Origin: Lama guanicoe
Taxonomy: Eukaryota
NCBI GenBank assembly: GCA_013239625.1
Contig: MU053588.1
Coordinates: 2,428,508-2,492,507 of the forward strand
Reading direction: 5' to 3'
DNA length: 64,000 nucleotides
The position numbers and the translations under genes are program-made. The notes under the pieces are model-generated. The model saw nothing but the letters and a program-made list of their open reading frames with translations. It was not told the DNA's origin and did no database searches. Positions within the stretch are counted from its first letter, which is position 1; each line of letters starts with the position of its first letter. This document shows positions 48,140 to 61,441 of the stretch, piece after piece.

Positions 48140-51100
48140 GTGAGTGGGACCCATCCTGCCTTTGAGCCGCATCCCCGCAAAACCTAATTCCCCCCTGCCT
48201 TTCTTTTGAGAAGTTCTCTAGAACTCTGCCAGCAGTTTCATCTCTGGGCACCTCTTCCCTCTGACAGCAGGGCTACTAATGCTCTCCAGGCACCCTCCTC
48301 TTAATGCTGTCCTTTCCCCTCACGCACCCCCCTTCCCGCCTCCAGTCCTGGGGTCTAAAATGGATGGTCACTGGCCGACTTCTTGGCACCCAGGAACCCC
48401 TGAAATTGTGTGAGTCTGTGTGTGTATAAACATGCTTTGCAGCAAGGGTCTATGACTTCTGTTGGATCCTCTAGACAGTCTATGACCCCAAACTCTGAAG
48501 AGCACTAGTATAGGGAGACAGAAAGGGTGCACTTTCTTTCTACCCTGTATTTCTTAGTCTGGAGCCTGTGGCTGCCTTAAGGGGTCACCAACCTTCACCC
48601 CCCTTAGCTCATTCACTTTTGTAAGGAGTGAGCTCCCAGCTTTTATCAGATTCTCAAAGGGCTATGTGAACCCCAAATGCTATGGGACCCCCAGCCTAGC
48701 CAGGGGCTCTCCCATCTCCCCATTGCCCCCCAAGCCCCCAGGAGCGCTCCTGCAGACTCTTGTTTACATTCTCCACCCTCACCTCTAGCTTGGGTGCGGT
48801 TCTCCTCTGGTGAATCAGGAGGCCGGCAGGGCAGGTTCAGGGAGGGAGGGTCAGCACAGAGGCAGGTGCAAGAGCCTCACGTGGACTTGGGTCTGCCTGC
48901 TGGGTCCTCCCCCTGTTGTCCTGGGGCCCTTGGTTGGAGTCTTCCCTGAGCCCCCCTCACCCCACATGCTTCCCTTTAGGAATGTGCTCCCACATATCGC
49001 CACAGATGTAAGAGACAGACCTGCCTCAACCTGCCTGTGCTGGAGTCAAGGAGCTGACCCTGGGGGCTTTCTGCATTGCTGCTCTCTCTGCCTACTCCCT
49101 CACCTCCTTGTCATCTGAGAACAGCTGCACTGAGGTGCATGAAGAAAAAAAATATAGCAGCTATCATTTGCCTGTGCTCAGCCCTGTGCTAAGCTCCTTG
49201 CTCGTATTAACTCATTTAATCTTCACAGCAGCCCTATGAGGTCCTATTATCCCCATTTTAGAGATGAGGAAACTGAGGCACAGAGACTCATCCAAAGTCA
49301 CAGACCTTGGAAGACACAGAACTGCAATTCAAACTCTTACTGAACACCAGGCACTTTCCCAAGTGCTGTGTACGTATTAACTCATCGCATCCTTATAACA
49401 GGGCTGTAAGAGTGGGATTATTTATTATCTCCATTTTACAGAGAGGAAACTGAGGCCTAGAGAGGTGAGGGCACTTGCTGAGAGTTGGCCAAGTCTAGTG
49501 GGAGCCCGGATTCTAATTCAGTTCTGGCTGATTTGAAAACCCAGTCTTTTTAACCCTTGCAGCATGTGGATCCATCCCTAACTTGACTTCCTCCCAGGTC
49601 TCCTGATCTCCAGTTTTTCCTTATCATTCCAGAATCTGTCTCCAGAGCCCAGCTTTGATTAACTTTTGAATTTTCCCTGCTCCAGAGTCTTCCATGGCTC
49701 CCCAGGGCCTTGCTGATAGCGATCAGGAGTTTAGTCCTGTGTTCAGAGCTTCCTGTCTCCAGCTCCTTCCTAGTTCAGCTCCCCTCCTGACCCCTTCTGC
49801 TGCAGGGAAGCTGAAGTACACACTGTTCTCTCGAACACCCGGCTGCCATCCTGCCTCCACGCATTGCTCAAGCTGTTCCCACCACCCAGAATACCCCTCG
49901 CTTCCTTCCCGCTTCGTTTTGAAATCCCATCTGACCTTAAAGGCCCAGCTACCTTTTTCCTTTCCTCCCCTCGTCCTTCCTTCTTATATCCATCCTGTCC
50001 TCCTAATCAGACAACAAACAGTTCCCAATCCCTAGTATGTGTCCGGCCCTATGTTGGCTTTGCTAGGGACACAGCAGTGACCCAGACACTGCCTACTTGG
50101 AGCACCCAGGCCGGTGGAGGAGACAGACCCATCACCAGGCAGTGACAGCTCAGAGTGGTCAGGCCAGGGATGGGGGAAGCCCAGAGGGTTGTGGGAGTCT
50201 AGAGAAGGTGACTGGCCAGACCAGAGAGGGCTTCCTAGAGAAGGGGCACGTGGGCTGAGGCCATCATGAAACCATCTGAGAAAGCCCAGATTAACTGTCA
50301 GATCTAAGAAAAGAGAGAGACGATACTGAATATGCTTATGGAAAAAAAAAGAGACAGTTTCAACCAACCTTCTTCAATCCAAACAACATTTTTGGAGCAC
50401 CTATTGTGTATCAGGCCATGCCTGGGGAACACGGTCGTAACCATGACAACCCTAGACCTGCCCTCAAAGCTTGTAGTCCAGCAGGGCTGTAGTGGGTAAG
50501 CCCAGGGCAGTGGGGTTGGACCAGAGATAAGACCTCAGCACTGGGCTATGTGATTTAGACGGGTGACTTCACCCCTCTACATCTCTGATTCCTCCTCTGT
50601 AGCAGTCAACAATCCCCCTGGGGTTGTGTTTTTAGGATTAAGTAGGTTGTGGCACACTGAACCTTTGTCATTGTGCCTGGAATGTTCCAGGTGCTTAGTA
50701 AACAGGAACCTTTATTAATCACCTCCTCTCCAGGGCTGGCAGCTGGAGAGGGGAGGGAATAGCCCTTCCTGAATCCTGCAGTCTAACACCCTGCCCCTTC
50801 CCACCGTCAGTTAGATGTCTGCTAGGTAGCTGGGCTCTGGGAGGCAGGAGAGAACATGGTCTCAGCCCTGGGGTCGGAGGGGATGAGGCACACAGCTTTT
50901 TCCTCTGGGGTCGACCCATTCTCCCAGTGCTTGCTAAGAGCCTGCTGTGTGCTTGGAGCAGAGAAGGTATTTGTGTTTGCTTGTGTGCATGCGGTGAATC
51001 AGACACTAACCAGGTCTCAAGAAGCTCTTGTTTCAGTCAACATGATACAACTAAATCTTTGCTTTCTCTTTACTTCTCTGTTTTTTTCTTGATGTTGTTG

Positions 51101-54100
51101 TTGCTCCTGTCTCTTTCTCTTTCTCTGTCTTTCTCTGCTTCTATGTTTTTCTTTCTCTGTCATTACTTTGTATCTGTCTCCCTTTCTGTCTTTCTATCTT
51201 TCTCTTCTAGTAATTCTGTGCCTGTCAGAAGAGATCAGAATTTGCTACAGTAACAACCATCCCCCAAACTTAGTGACTTTGAGCAACAAAGGATTATTTT
51301 TGTTCATACTTCACATTGACCTGGTAAATGATGGGTGAGGGCGCCCTGCTCTGTGCTGTCTTCACTCAGCCTCTGTTTCTCTTCCCACAGTTCCCCCAAC
51401 AATTTTCCTTTTGTGTATGTGTGTGGGGGGAGGTAATTAGGTTTATTTATTCATTTATTTATTTTTAATGGAGGTACTGGGGATTGAACCCAGGACCTCA
51501 CACATGCCAGGCATGCACACTGTGCTATACCCTGCCCCAACCCTTTTCTACAATAGGGAACAGAACATGGAGAGTCATGCACTGGCTTTAAGGCTTCCAC
51601 TCAGGAGTGCTCACATGTCATTGGCCAAAACTAAGTTCCAGCTGTCATGACTGCCGCAATCTCCGTCTTCGTCCCTGTCTCTCTGTCTCTGTCATCACTT
51701 TGTCATCTGTCTCTGTTTCTGTCTGTCCCTGTGGTTCAGCCTCCATCCATCAATTCCTGCCTGTATCATTTTCCTTGGAAGATCTGACTTAATTCAGGGA
51801 CACAGAGAAGGCTTCCATGTTTTTGGCTTGTATATGTCTGGGGGAAGATTTGGGGGTTGCTGGTAAATGCAACAAAACCTGGCCTATCTTTAGTCCTTCG
51901 AGAAGGACAGAGAGACACAAAGTGATGACAGACACAGAGAGAAATGGACAGAGGCTCTTCCCCGCCTTTGCTGAGGCCTTTTGTGATCTCATGATTGCTA
52001 AAGTAAGTGAGATTTGCTCACCCCAGTGAGCTTGGGACTAGGGATCCCAGGAAACCCCCGGCCCTGGGAAGACCCCAGGTCCAGCTTGGTTCCCTCTCAT
52101 GGCAGCAGCCCCATCCCCTTCCCTCCTCAGCCTTGCCCTGACCGCAGCCTCTCTGCCCCACACAGAACAAACCATGGAAGAAGCTGAAGACTGTTCTGAA
52201 GTATTCGCCCTTTGTGGTCTCCTTCCGAAAACACTACCCTTGGGTCCAGCTGTCTGGACACTCTGGTAAGAGCGGCAGGGAGAAGGGAGGACAGGGGGCA
52301 GGCAGGGCTGGGCAGAGACGCCTGGGCTGGGGAAGGGACCGCTCTTTGTACTTTAGTTTCCCCGTCTGTAAAATGGGCTTGGTGACAGTCTCCAGGGGGC
52401 TGAGGGAGCTGTTATTGGAAGTACTTAGGGCTGGGCCGGGCCATTCGTACATCAGAGACAGGATGGAGGGCTGTTCCCTGTTACTCCTGTGTTGGGAATC
52501 GAGGACAAACCTTCAACCAGGGGGAAAGATGGGCCTGGGCTCAAATCCTAGTTCTGCTCTTTATTAGTGGATGACCCTGGGCAAGTTACTTTCCCTCACC
52601 GGTCTTCAGTGTCCTCCTTTGTAATATGAGATAATTGTACCCCCCTTGCAGGGTAAACTGAAGGGTTAACATCAAAATGTATATCAAGATTGAGAGACAG
52701 GTCCCTCATAAACGACAATTTTCAGTCCCTATCGTCGCCCTGTGTCAGAGAAAGGTAGGCCCCCAGTAAAAAACAGCTATGAGGGTTTTCCCCCAGAACC
52801 TAGCACAATGTCTGTAACACTGTAGCACAAGGCCGAGCATATAGTACTTTTGGGAAAGGGCTGGACAATGAGTATAAACTACTCAACTTTACTATTGCAG
52901 CATGAAAGCAGCCATAGGTAATTCAGAAACGTGAGTGTGTCTGTGTTCCAATAAAGCTTTGTTTACAAAAACAAGCAGTGGGCTGGACTAGACAGACTGT
53001 AGCTACCAGCAGAGGGAGGCAGGAAGGGAACTTATCTGCCTGTTCATCCTTAGATCTGAGCCAGAGAAAGGCAAGGCCCCCCTCAAACTGAAAACACAGG
53101 CCAGCCGTCTGTATGTATCCTAGTTACTATTGCTGAGTTAAAAAAAACAAAAAAACAAAAAATGGAAAACTCAAAACTTAGCAGTGGTTTTAAAAAAAAA
53201 CAATTTAGTGGAATAAAACAAGGATTTTATTACACTCACAGGTTTGGGGTCAGGAATTCAGACAGGGCATGGCAGGGATGGCTTGTGGCTGCTCTGCAAT
53301 ACCTGGGAATTCAGCTAGGACAACTTGAAGGCTGCAAGCTGAAAATGTTTGGAGGTTCATTCACTCACACGCCGGGCAGTGGATGCTGGCTGCTTGCTGG
53401 TTCTCAGCTGGAAATCCTGTATGTGGCTTTTCTGTGTGGCTGCTTGGGCTTCCTCACAATGTGGTGGCCTCAGAGCAGTCAGGTTTCGTACATGGCAGCT
53501 CAGAGCTGCAAAGGTGTCTCTGCCAACAAAGTGGAAGCTTATCCCCTTTTAAGACTTAGACTCTGAAGTTACTTCTGGCATAAGCCCTCTCAGATTCAAA
53601 GGGAAAAAAATTAGATTCCACTTCTTTTTTAATTGAAATAGTTAATTTACAATGTTGTGTTAATTTCTGGTATATAGATTCCACCTCTTGCTGTGAGTGG
53701 TAGAATTCTAGAAGAGCATGATGTGGGACATGAACTACTGTTGCAGCCATCTTTGGAAAATATAATCTGAAAATACAATCTGCCTCAATGAGAATTTGTA
53801 ATTCTAAGATACACTAACTATCTGCATGACTCAGGAAATGCCAGATTTGTAACTTAACTTAACAAGGTCCTGATTGTTAGCACTCTGGGACTCCAGGCAG
53901 AAGCAAATGCAAATCTGCTCTGGGAAGTCATGCTCTTAACTCAGATCTTACAAAAAATTCCCACAGCTGATGGTGAGTTCATAATCCAAAATTATAAAAC
54001 CAATGACACAATCATTGGCATTGTGAAAAGGACCCTGTTTAAACAAAATGCAGAAATAGGCCCTTCCTTCACCACCTCTGGCCCAGATTTTGAGAGTTGC

Positions 54101-54827
54101 AGGGAAGGGAAGTATTGTGGGAGGGTCAGGCAAAATGATGATGGCGAGGATCTGATACATATGAGAGATGGGGGGGAGTCTTGCTCATTCAGTTTCTAAC
54201 CCTCTCCTTGACTGCTGCTCATAGGGAACTTCCAGGCAGGAGAGGATGGTTGGATTCTAAAGCGTTTCTGTCAGTGCGAGCAGCGGAGCCTGGAGCAGCT
54301 GATGCGGGACCCCCTGCGGCCTTTCGTGCCAGCCTACTATGGCATGGTGCAGCGGGATGGCCAGGCCTTCAACCAGATGGAAGATCTCCTGGCAGACTTT
54401 GAAAACCCCTCCATCATGGACTGCAAGATGGGCAGCAGGTAGGCTCAGGGGCAGCCATGGGGCAGAGGTGGAGGGTCAGGTGGGCATTTTTGAAGATAGC
54501 GCCAAGCTGATCTTCAAAATGGTTCTACCAGCATCTTTTCCCGCCAACAGTGTGTGAGAGTTCCAGTTGTTCTGTCTTCTTATCAACACTTCATATTACC
54601 TGTTATATCACTTTTAGCCCTTCTGGTGAATGTCTCATTATGGTTTTAATGTCTGTTTCTCTGATGACCAAAGAAGTTGAGCATTGGTTGACAACTTGGG
54701 TATCCTCTTTGGAAAAGTGCCCATTTTAATATTTTGCCCACCTTTCTTTTGGGCTGTCTGTCTTCTTCTTTGTGTTATAAAGATTTGTAATTCTTTATGT
54801 ATTTTAGAAATAACTCCTTTGCTGGAG

Positions 54828-54871
<44 letters not shown>

Positions 54872-57800
54872 CCATACCCATCCTGCAACTCTCTCATTTC
54901 ATTCCCTTAATAATATCTTTTGATAAACAGACTTACCTTTTTTTTAGTTTACCCTTATGTCCATGAACTTTTTTTTTTGAAGTGTAATTGATTTATAATG
55001 TTAGTTTCAGGTGTACAGCAAAGTGATTCAGTTATACATATACATACTTTTAATTTTGGATTATTTTCCAGTATATGTTATTACAAGAAGTTGAATATAG
55101 TTCCCTGTGCTATACAGTAGGTCCTTGGTTTTTTTTTTAAAATACTTTAAATTTAATACAGTTTGTCAATTTTGTCCATGATGATTAGTAGCTTTGTATT
55201 TAAAAAATATGTTACTCCAAGGTCATGAAGCTCTTCTCCTATGTTTTCTTCTATAGGCTTTGTTTTAACTTTCACATTTAGATCTGCAATCCATCTAGAA
55301 TGAATTTTTCTATATGGTGTGAGGTAGGGATTGAGGTTCTTTTTTTTTTTTTCTCCCTCCCCATATCCTATTGACAAGCACCATTTATTGAAAAGATTTC
55401 CCTTTCTACACTGAATTGCAGTGCCCTCCTTGTCATAAATTGGGTGAATGTAGATGTGTGTGTGTCTGTGGACTCTGTTCCAGTCTATTGATCTATTTGT
55501 CTGTTCTTGTGCCACGCTGTAGTTTTATAATATGCCTTGATAATCAGAGAGTATAAGTCCTCCAGCTTTGTTCTTCATAATTTCTTCTGTGACACCCTCC
55601 TTGTCCCAGAACCTACCTGGAGGAGGAGCTGGTGAAGGCACGAGAACGGCCCCGGCCCCGCAAAGACATGTATGAGAAGATGGTAGCTGTGGACCCTGGG
55701 GCCCCCACCCCTGAGGAACATGCCCAGGGTGCAGTCACCAAGCCCCGCTACATGCAGTGGCGGGAGACCATGAGCTCCACCTCCACCCTGGGCTTCCGGA
55801 TCGAGGGCATCAAGGTGAGGGCCAGGAGCTGCTAGCCTGCCTGTCTCTAGAGGGCTTGGAGCTAGATCTGAGGCAGGGCTTCCTAGGCAACCAGAGTGTC
55901 AGAGAAAGCTGGAAAGAAGCAAGATCTGGAGAGAGAGCAGGAGACTTCAGAGGATGGAAGGACTGGGGCTAGGAGAGGCCCTGCTTCTCTCTCACCCAAG
56001 CGTCCATCAGGACCAAGTTTTGTTTATCTGTCTGCCTGAGCATCTCTCAATTCCATCTTCTTTTCCCCTTCCCAAGGCTCTGTTTGCCTCCGGCCCCATC
56101 TTCTCCGGCCCTTGTCTCCCTGGGCTTCCAGACCCTGGCCTTACCCCCTCTGACCATCATCCAACACAGCAGCTGGAGGGGCTTTTTCCTCGTTATGGAG
56201 AAAAATTTTCTGTTTTCTTCTTTCTTTTCTCCCTTCCTTCCTTCCTTCCTTCCTTTCGTGAATTAAATCTAGTTGTTTGAATAGCTATTCCCACAGTTCG
56301 AAAGTCAAAATAATATTATAAAAGGGTATATAGGAGAAATCTCTCTCCCAGCCCTGTTGCTGTCCTTCCCATTCTGTCCCGCCACCCCCCGCCTCCTCAT
56401 GGGAAAGCACTTTATCATTTTTTTATATTTTTTCCTGTATATGCAAACAAATGCAATTGTACATACTAAATTTTCCTCCCTTTCTTACAAAAGGTGGTAT
56501 AGTCCTGTTTTCCATATATATAGATATATATGTATATATATATGTATAGATTGTTTTCCATATCATTTCATAGAGAGATAGGAGACCCTTCCTTCCTTCC
56601 TTCCTTCCTCCCTCCCGCCCTTCCTTCTTTCCTTCCTTCTTTTACAGTTCTATAATAGCTATTTGTGGCTGTGCCACAGTCCCCTGTAGATGGCCCAGTG
56701 AAGTACTTTCATTTGTTAGGTAGAGTCCTGCCCTCTCCTGCCACAGGCCCTCTCCACATGATGTTCCCTGTGCCAGGACTGTCTTATTTTCATGTCTCCT
56801 TACAAATTTCATTTCTTCCAGGAAGCCCTCCTTGATTTCCACCCTACTAGATCACAGCCTCTCTTTATCTCTTCATAACTCCCTTTACTCCATTATTCTT
56901 ATCTCCCTTTGTGATGACCTTATTCAATACCTGCCTCCCTCATCTGCTTGTACCTGTCCTGTTATCTCCATGTTACCAGTGCCCACATGGCACTTTGGCA
57001 CCAAATGGCAGAATGGTTCAGGGGGCTTCTTTATGCCTGTCTCAGACATAACAAAATATTAGTCTCATTTACAGAGTGCTTACTTACTACATGCCAGACA
57101 CTGTGCGGTGTATCCTGCACACCCAGTCTCCTCTAATCCTTATATCGCTTTAGGAGGAAGATACTAACACAATTCCCATTTTCCAGTTGAGGAAATCACA
57201 GCTGAGGCAGGTGAAGTGACTTGCTTAAGGCCACCCAGCCAGGAAGTAGCAGTCATGATTCAAGGCCAGATCCACCCCTGCTGCAAAGCCCTCTTGGCTA
57301 GACTGGCTCCACCAGGGAGTTCAAGGTTAGACTTGAAGGACTGGTTGCTCAGGAGTATGACTTGGGGCTGGGCAGGTGGGCTGGCTTCCCCTGGGCAGCA
57401 GGTGAGCATAGAGGCAGGTAGGCGGCTCCTAGAGGTGCCTGAGGCTGCTTGATGTCGGGCGTGGAAAGAAAAAGGCATGCTACCCCTCATCCTGCAGAAA
57501 GCCAATGGGACCTGCAACACTAACTTCAAGAAAACCCAGGAGCTGGAGCAGGTGACAAAGGTGCTGGAGGACTTTGTGGACGGAAACCATGCCATCCTGG
57601 TGAGCGGGGCACCCAGCTTAGGACCACCACTGTCATGGTTGCTCCCAAGTCAATGGTCTTTTTCTTTTCTTTCTTTTTTTTTTTTATCATGCCATTTCTT
57701 TTTTTTAATGGGACTCTTGCATGATCTATTAAGGTGCCTAATTTAGGGCCATGCATACATTGCCACTATGACTTTTTCTTCAGGGATATCTTCTTTTTTG

Positions 57801-60800
57801 AGGGGGACAGGAAGGTAATTAGGTTTATTTATTTATTTTAATGGAGGTACTGGGGGTTGAACCCAGGACCTCATGCATGCTAAGTACACACTCTACCACT
57901 GAGCCATACCCTCCCCACAGCAGTCATTTGCCGTGGGCCGAGGCTGGCTGATACTAGCTGGCATTGCTCACTGTCTGGCCAGCTGTGGCCTGGCCAGGGC
58001 TGGCTGGTCTAGGAGGGCTCTACTCATGTCTGGTGGCTGCCTCACTGTCTCAGCTGATGGCTTGATCCAGCAGGCTAGCCCGGGCTTGTTCTCATGGTGG
58101 AAGCAGCCTGCCAAGAGAATAAGCGAAAAATCCAAGCTTCTCGATGGCTAGGCTCAGAATGGCCACCATCCTTCCTGCCATGTTCTTCTGGCCAAAGCAA
58201 GTCATAATGACCAAAGCCTAGATTCTAAGGGAAAGACTCCACCTCTTGGTGAGAGGAGCTGCTAGGAATTGTGGGTATTCCTGTAATCTACTGACCACAC
58301 TCTTGTCTGTGCCATGCACCCACCCCCACCTGCCATTTCCCCATGGCTCCCCTCATCCCATCCTGGCTGGGGTCTGCCTGCTCCTTCTGGGGGTGCGGAA
58401 TGAGGTCAGATCTCAAGGTGGGTAAGGACCCACAAAGTCCCTAAGCTAACGAAGAAACCCTCCCTCTCATGCACAGAGAAAGTACGTGGCACGCCTAGAA
58501 GAACTTCGTGAAGCTCTGGAGAACTCCCCCTTCTTCAAGACCCACGAGGTGCGAGCCCTGGCCGCTGTGGGGACGAAGGGCCCTGTGTTTGGGGGCAGTG
58601 TCGGGGTCCAGGTGGCACTTAGGAGAAACTGCCGGCAGGGTCACAGGCCAAAGGAGGCCCAGTTTGAGGGTTTGTTTCTTTACGGTAGAGGCAGCCTGAG
58701 GGATTTCAGGGAGGTGGGACAGTTAGGAGCGTGGACTCGAGCCAGGTGGCCTGAGGATGAAGGCTGGCTCTGCTGTGTGACCCTGGGTACGTGACCTACC
58801 TTCTCAGGGCTCAGTTTCCTCCTAACATGGGAGGAACAATAGCACCTTCCTTACAGAGCCACCGAGGTAGAAGACTGCAGAGCATTGTTGGGAGTGTAGA
58901 CCTGCTCTTGGCGCCCAGCTCTTGTGATTATTTTATAATCACAATCATTTACAATGATTGTTCCCTGTGTTCCTGGTTTGGTGGCTCTCCCCTTCCCCTC
59001 TCGTCTCCCTCTGGCAGCCTGTGTCTCTTTGGAAACATTCATCTCTCCGGGCTGTTTCAGAAAGTCTGGGAAGGGGTGACGTCACTGTGTATCTCTGCCT
59101 CTCCCTCCAAGCCCCTGTCTCTTTCCTGCTGTCACTGACTTCTGAAAGGGCACCGATCTGGGAGGGAGGCGTTTGACTCCCAGCCACCGGAGCCTGGGCA
59201 GCAGCTCTGCTGGCCTGTCTCCTGACCCACAGGATGGGGAAACAGCAGCACCTGCCTCACAGGTGTGGTGAAGGTTAAGTGGATTAATAAACAGTTAAAG
59301 CCTGGCCCACGGTAAACCCTCAGTATGTGCCAACTTTTACTGTCACGTTTGTTATCACCAAAAGTCACCCTCATCATCCTCATCACTACCCTCGGGCTTT
59401 ACACACAAGTCACAAAGAGGAGGCCCGGGGACCCCATCTCTTCTGTCCTCCTGTTTAGTTTCACCTGCCTGGTGACTTCACATTTTAAGAGATGAGTTGC
59501 CAATATTTAAAACGTGTGAGACTTCACACCAAGATTGAGATTTCCAGTTTCCCCTGGCATGACGGGAGATGTGGCCACGCTGGGCCGCTCACCATATGCT
59601 GACCTTCTTCTGACAGCCACCTGCTCACCTGCCCAGTCGTCTGGGTTCTCTGGGAGTCATGGTGTTTGAAACCCAACTAGTGAAAGGGACGGGCTTACAA
59701 ACATGGAGTTACATGAAAGGCAGGAATGTATTTCTGAAGAGTGATTTGTTTATTTAGTTTTTTTGGCCAGAGGGGGTGGTAATTATGTTTATTTCTTTCT
59801 TTAGTTTTAGAGGAGGTACTGGGGATTGAACCCAGGACCTCCTGCATGCTAAGCATGCACTCTACCACTTGAGCTATACCCTCCCCCCCAGGAATGTATT
59901 TCTAATTAAACAAAAACAAAAACTAAAAACCCCAGTGTCTACTGAGGACTGTGTGCCAGACCCCACAAGGCACCTTGTGAATTGCAGATCATGGAATGCT
60001 GCCCTGACCCCAGGAGGCAGGGGCTGTTATCATCCCCATTCTACAAATGAGGAAACTGAGGCCCGGGGAAAGGAAGCCACTGGTCTGGGGTCCCCAGCAG
60101 CAATCCACTGGGGCTAATAGTTGCTGCCCTTTAGCCACAGGGAGATATTATCCACTTTCTCAGTCCCCACCAGGCTCCTTTGACCCAATCAGGATCCTGC
60201 TGGCATTTGAGTTGTACCCCATTTTGAAAAAGGGTAACAATTAAGCTAGTTGTGCATTTGTTTATGTGGGCTACTCTTCTAAGAGCTTCATCTGGATTAA
60301 TTCATACTTATAGTAAGCACAACCTTTGAGGTAAATGGTGCTCTCAATCCATCATTTTGACTTTGTAGATGAGGACGCAGAGATTAAGGAGAGGTTAAAT
60401 CACTTGCCCAAGGCCACAGAGCCAGTAAGTGGCAGAGCTAGGATTTTTTTTTTCTTTAAAGAAAGCTTTATTTACTATATACATCCTAACAGTGTTCTGT
60501 CAATGAAGCAAGGTCTAAATAAACTTAAAAATCTTTTCAAATACAAAGCAACTTAACAACTAAACTGCCAGCATGTTTGAAAACAGAGAACTCAGGAAAT
60601 TTTTTTTTCTAACATTCATATAGTTTGTTCTTAACCCCAAAAAGAAGGCTTCACATTTCAAGTTATTAACTTACCTCCGTAGTGTACGTATGTGAAATGG
60701 TTTTGGAACAACAGGACAGACAGACCATAGATATGAGGCTCATTGCTACTTAACTATGTCAATAACATTTGGGGTTTTTTGTTTGTTTGTTTTTTGAGGA

Positions 60801-61441
60801 GTAGGTAAATTATTTATTTATATTTAGAGGAGGCACTGGGGATTGAACCCAAGACCTCCTGCATGCTAAGCAAGCCCTCTACCATTTGAGTTATACCCTC
60901 CTGCCACCAGCATCTGTTTTTAAGGTAGTTTGGTAAATTGCCAGGTTAAGACACCATTTTTCCCCCTTTTTTCCCTTTTCTTTTCTCTTTTCTTTTTTCT
61001 AAATAATTTATAGGCACATGTAAACTACAGTAAGACCCGTGGGCCAGAGTTTCATCCTGTGAACCTCTGTGATAATCGGTCCTTCACTGGAAGGAAAGTA
61101 AAGCTCGAATTTGAACCCAGGCAGCCTGGCTCCAAAGTTCATGCTGTCAGATACCCTGCTCAGCCGCCTGGAGAAGCAAGGACCTTGGCCAGTGCCTGCT
61201 CCTCCCTTTAACCTCCTGCCTCTCCCTCCCTCTGCAGGTGGTAGGCAGCTCCCTCCTCTTTGTGCACGACCACACTGGCCTGGCCAAGGTCTGGATGATC
61301 GACTTCGGCAAGACAGTGGCCCTGCCTGACCACCAGACGCTCAGCCACCGGCTGCCCTGGGCTGAGGGCAACCGTGAGGACGGCTACCTCTGGGGCCTGG
61401 ACAACATGATTCGCCTCCTCCAGGGCCTGGCTCAGAGTTGA
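47015..61441 (+). CDS. ITPKC: Inositol-trisphosphate 3-kinase C, full spliced CDS: join(47015-48139,52166-52265,54225-54438,55610-55814,57498-57599,58477-58548,61238-61441), 2022 nt, 673 aa
   Basis: [11 protein letters not shown]-terminus; calmodulin-binding region [19 protein letters not shown] motifs [21 protein letters not shown] and MIDFG; ends LQGLAQS*. All introns GT-AG. Confidence 0.97.
51424..51538 (-). mobile_element. tRNA-Ala-derived SINE (vic-1-like)
   Basis: ggaggtaattaggtttatttatt...ggaggtactggggattgaacccaggacc. Confidence 0.85.
52166..52265 (+). CDS. ITPKC: ITPKC exon 2 ([33 protein letters not shown])
   Basis: 100 nt, CAG/GTAAGA. Confidence 0.96.
53110..53785. mobile_element. 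MaLR (MLT-type) LTR relic
   Basis: gggcttcctcacaatgtggtggcc, cagattcaaaggg, gcagccatctttggaaaatataatctg. Confidence 0.55.
54225..54438 (+). CDS. ITPKC: ITPKC exon 3 ([16 protein letters not shown]...[10 protein letters not shown])
   Basis: 214 nt, TAG/GTAGGC. Confidence 0.96.
54495..55590 (-). mobile_element. L1 fragments (old L1M plus a younger L1 3' end near 54970-55130)
   Basis: Reverse-complement ORF2-like translation ([22 protein letters not shown]) and L1 3' UTR motifs. Confidence 0.85.
54831..54868. repeat. (CA)19 microsatellite
   Basis: Pure CA run. Confidence 0.95.
55610..55814 (+). CDS. ITPKC: ITPKC exon 4 ([15 protein letters not shown]...LGFRIEGIK)
   Basis: 205 nt, CAG/GTGAGG. 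Confidence 0.96.
56587..56640. repeat. (CCTT)n microsatellite
   Basis: ccttccttcctt runs. Confidence 0.85.
57498..57599 (+). CDS. ITPKC: ITPKC exon 5 ([19 protein letters not shown]...GNHAIL)
   Basis: 102 nt, CAG/GTGAGC. Confidence 0.96.
57800..57916 (-). mobile_element. tRNA-Ala-derived SINE (vic-1-like)
   Basis: Same body and tail as the other copies. Confidence 0.85.
58477..58548 (+). CDS. ITPKC: ITPKC exon 6 ([24 protein letters not shown])
   Basis: 72 nt, CAG/GTGCGA. Confidence 0.95.
59736..59888 (-). mobile_element. tRNA-Ala-derived SINE (vic-1-like) with 15-bp TSD
   Basis: TSD caggaatgtatttct on both sides. Confidence 0.9.
60444..61101 (-). pseudogene. 5'-truncated retroposed mRNA 3' UTR fragment (source gene not identified)
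   Basis: PolyT at 60444-60453, minus-strand AATAAA at 60467-60472, AT-rich body, splits a MIR, degenerate TSD. Confidence 0.6.
60770..60901 (-). mobile_element. tRNA-Ala-derived SINE (vic-1-like) nested in a retroposed mRNA fragment
   Basis: Body plus (tttg)n tail. Confidence 0.85.
61238..61441 (+). CDS. ITPKC: ITPKC exon 7, coding part ([11 protein letters not shown]...MIDFG...LAQS*)
   Basis: CAG acceptor; 204 nt to TGA. Confidence 0.97.
   Translation: MVGSSLLFVHDHTGLAKVWMIDFGKTVALPDHQTLSHRLPWAEGNREDGYLWGLDNMIRLLQGLAQS

Noticed and set aside
55153..55515. 120-aa ORF with reverse-transcriptase-element-like sequence
   Set aside because: Decayed L1 ORF2 fragment, not a host gene
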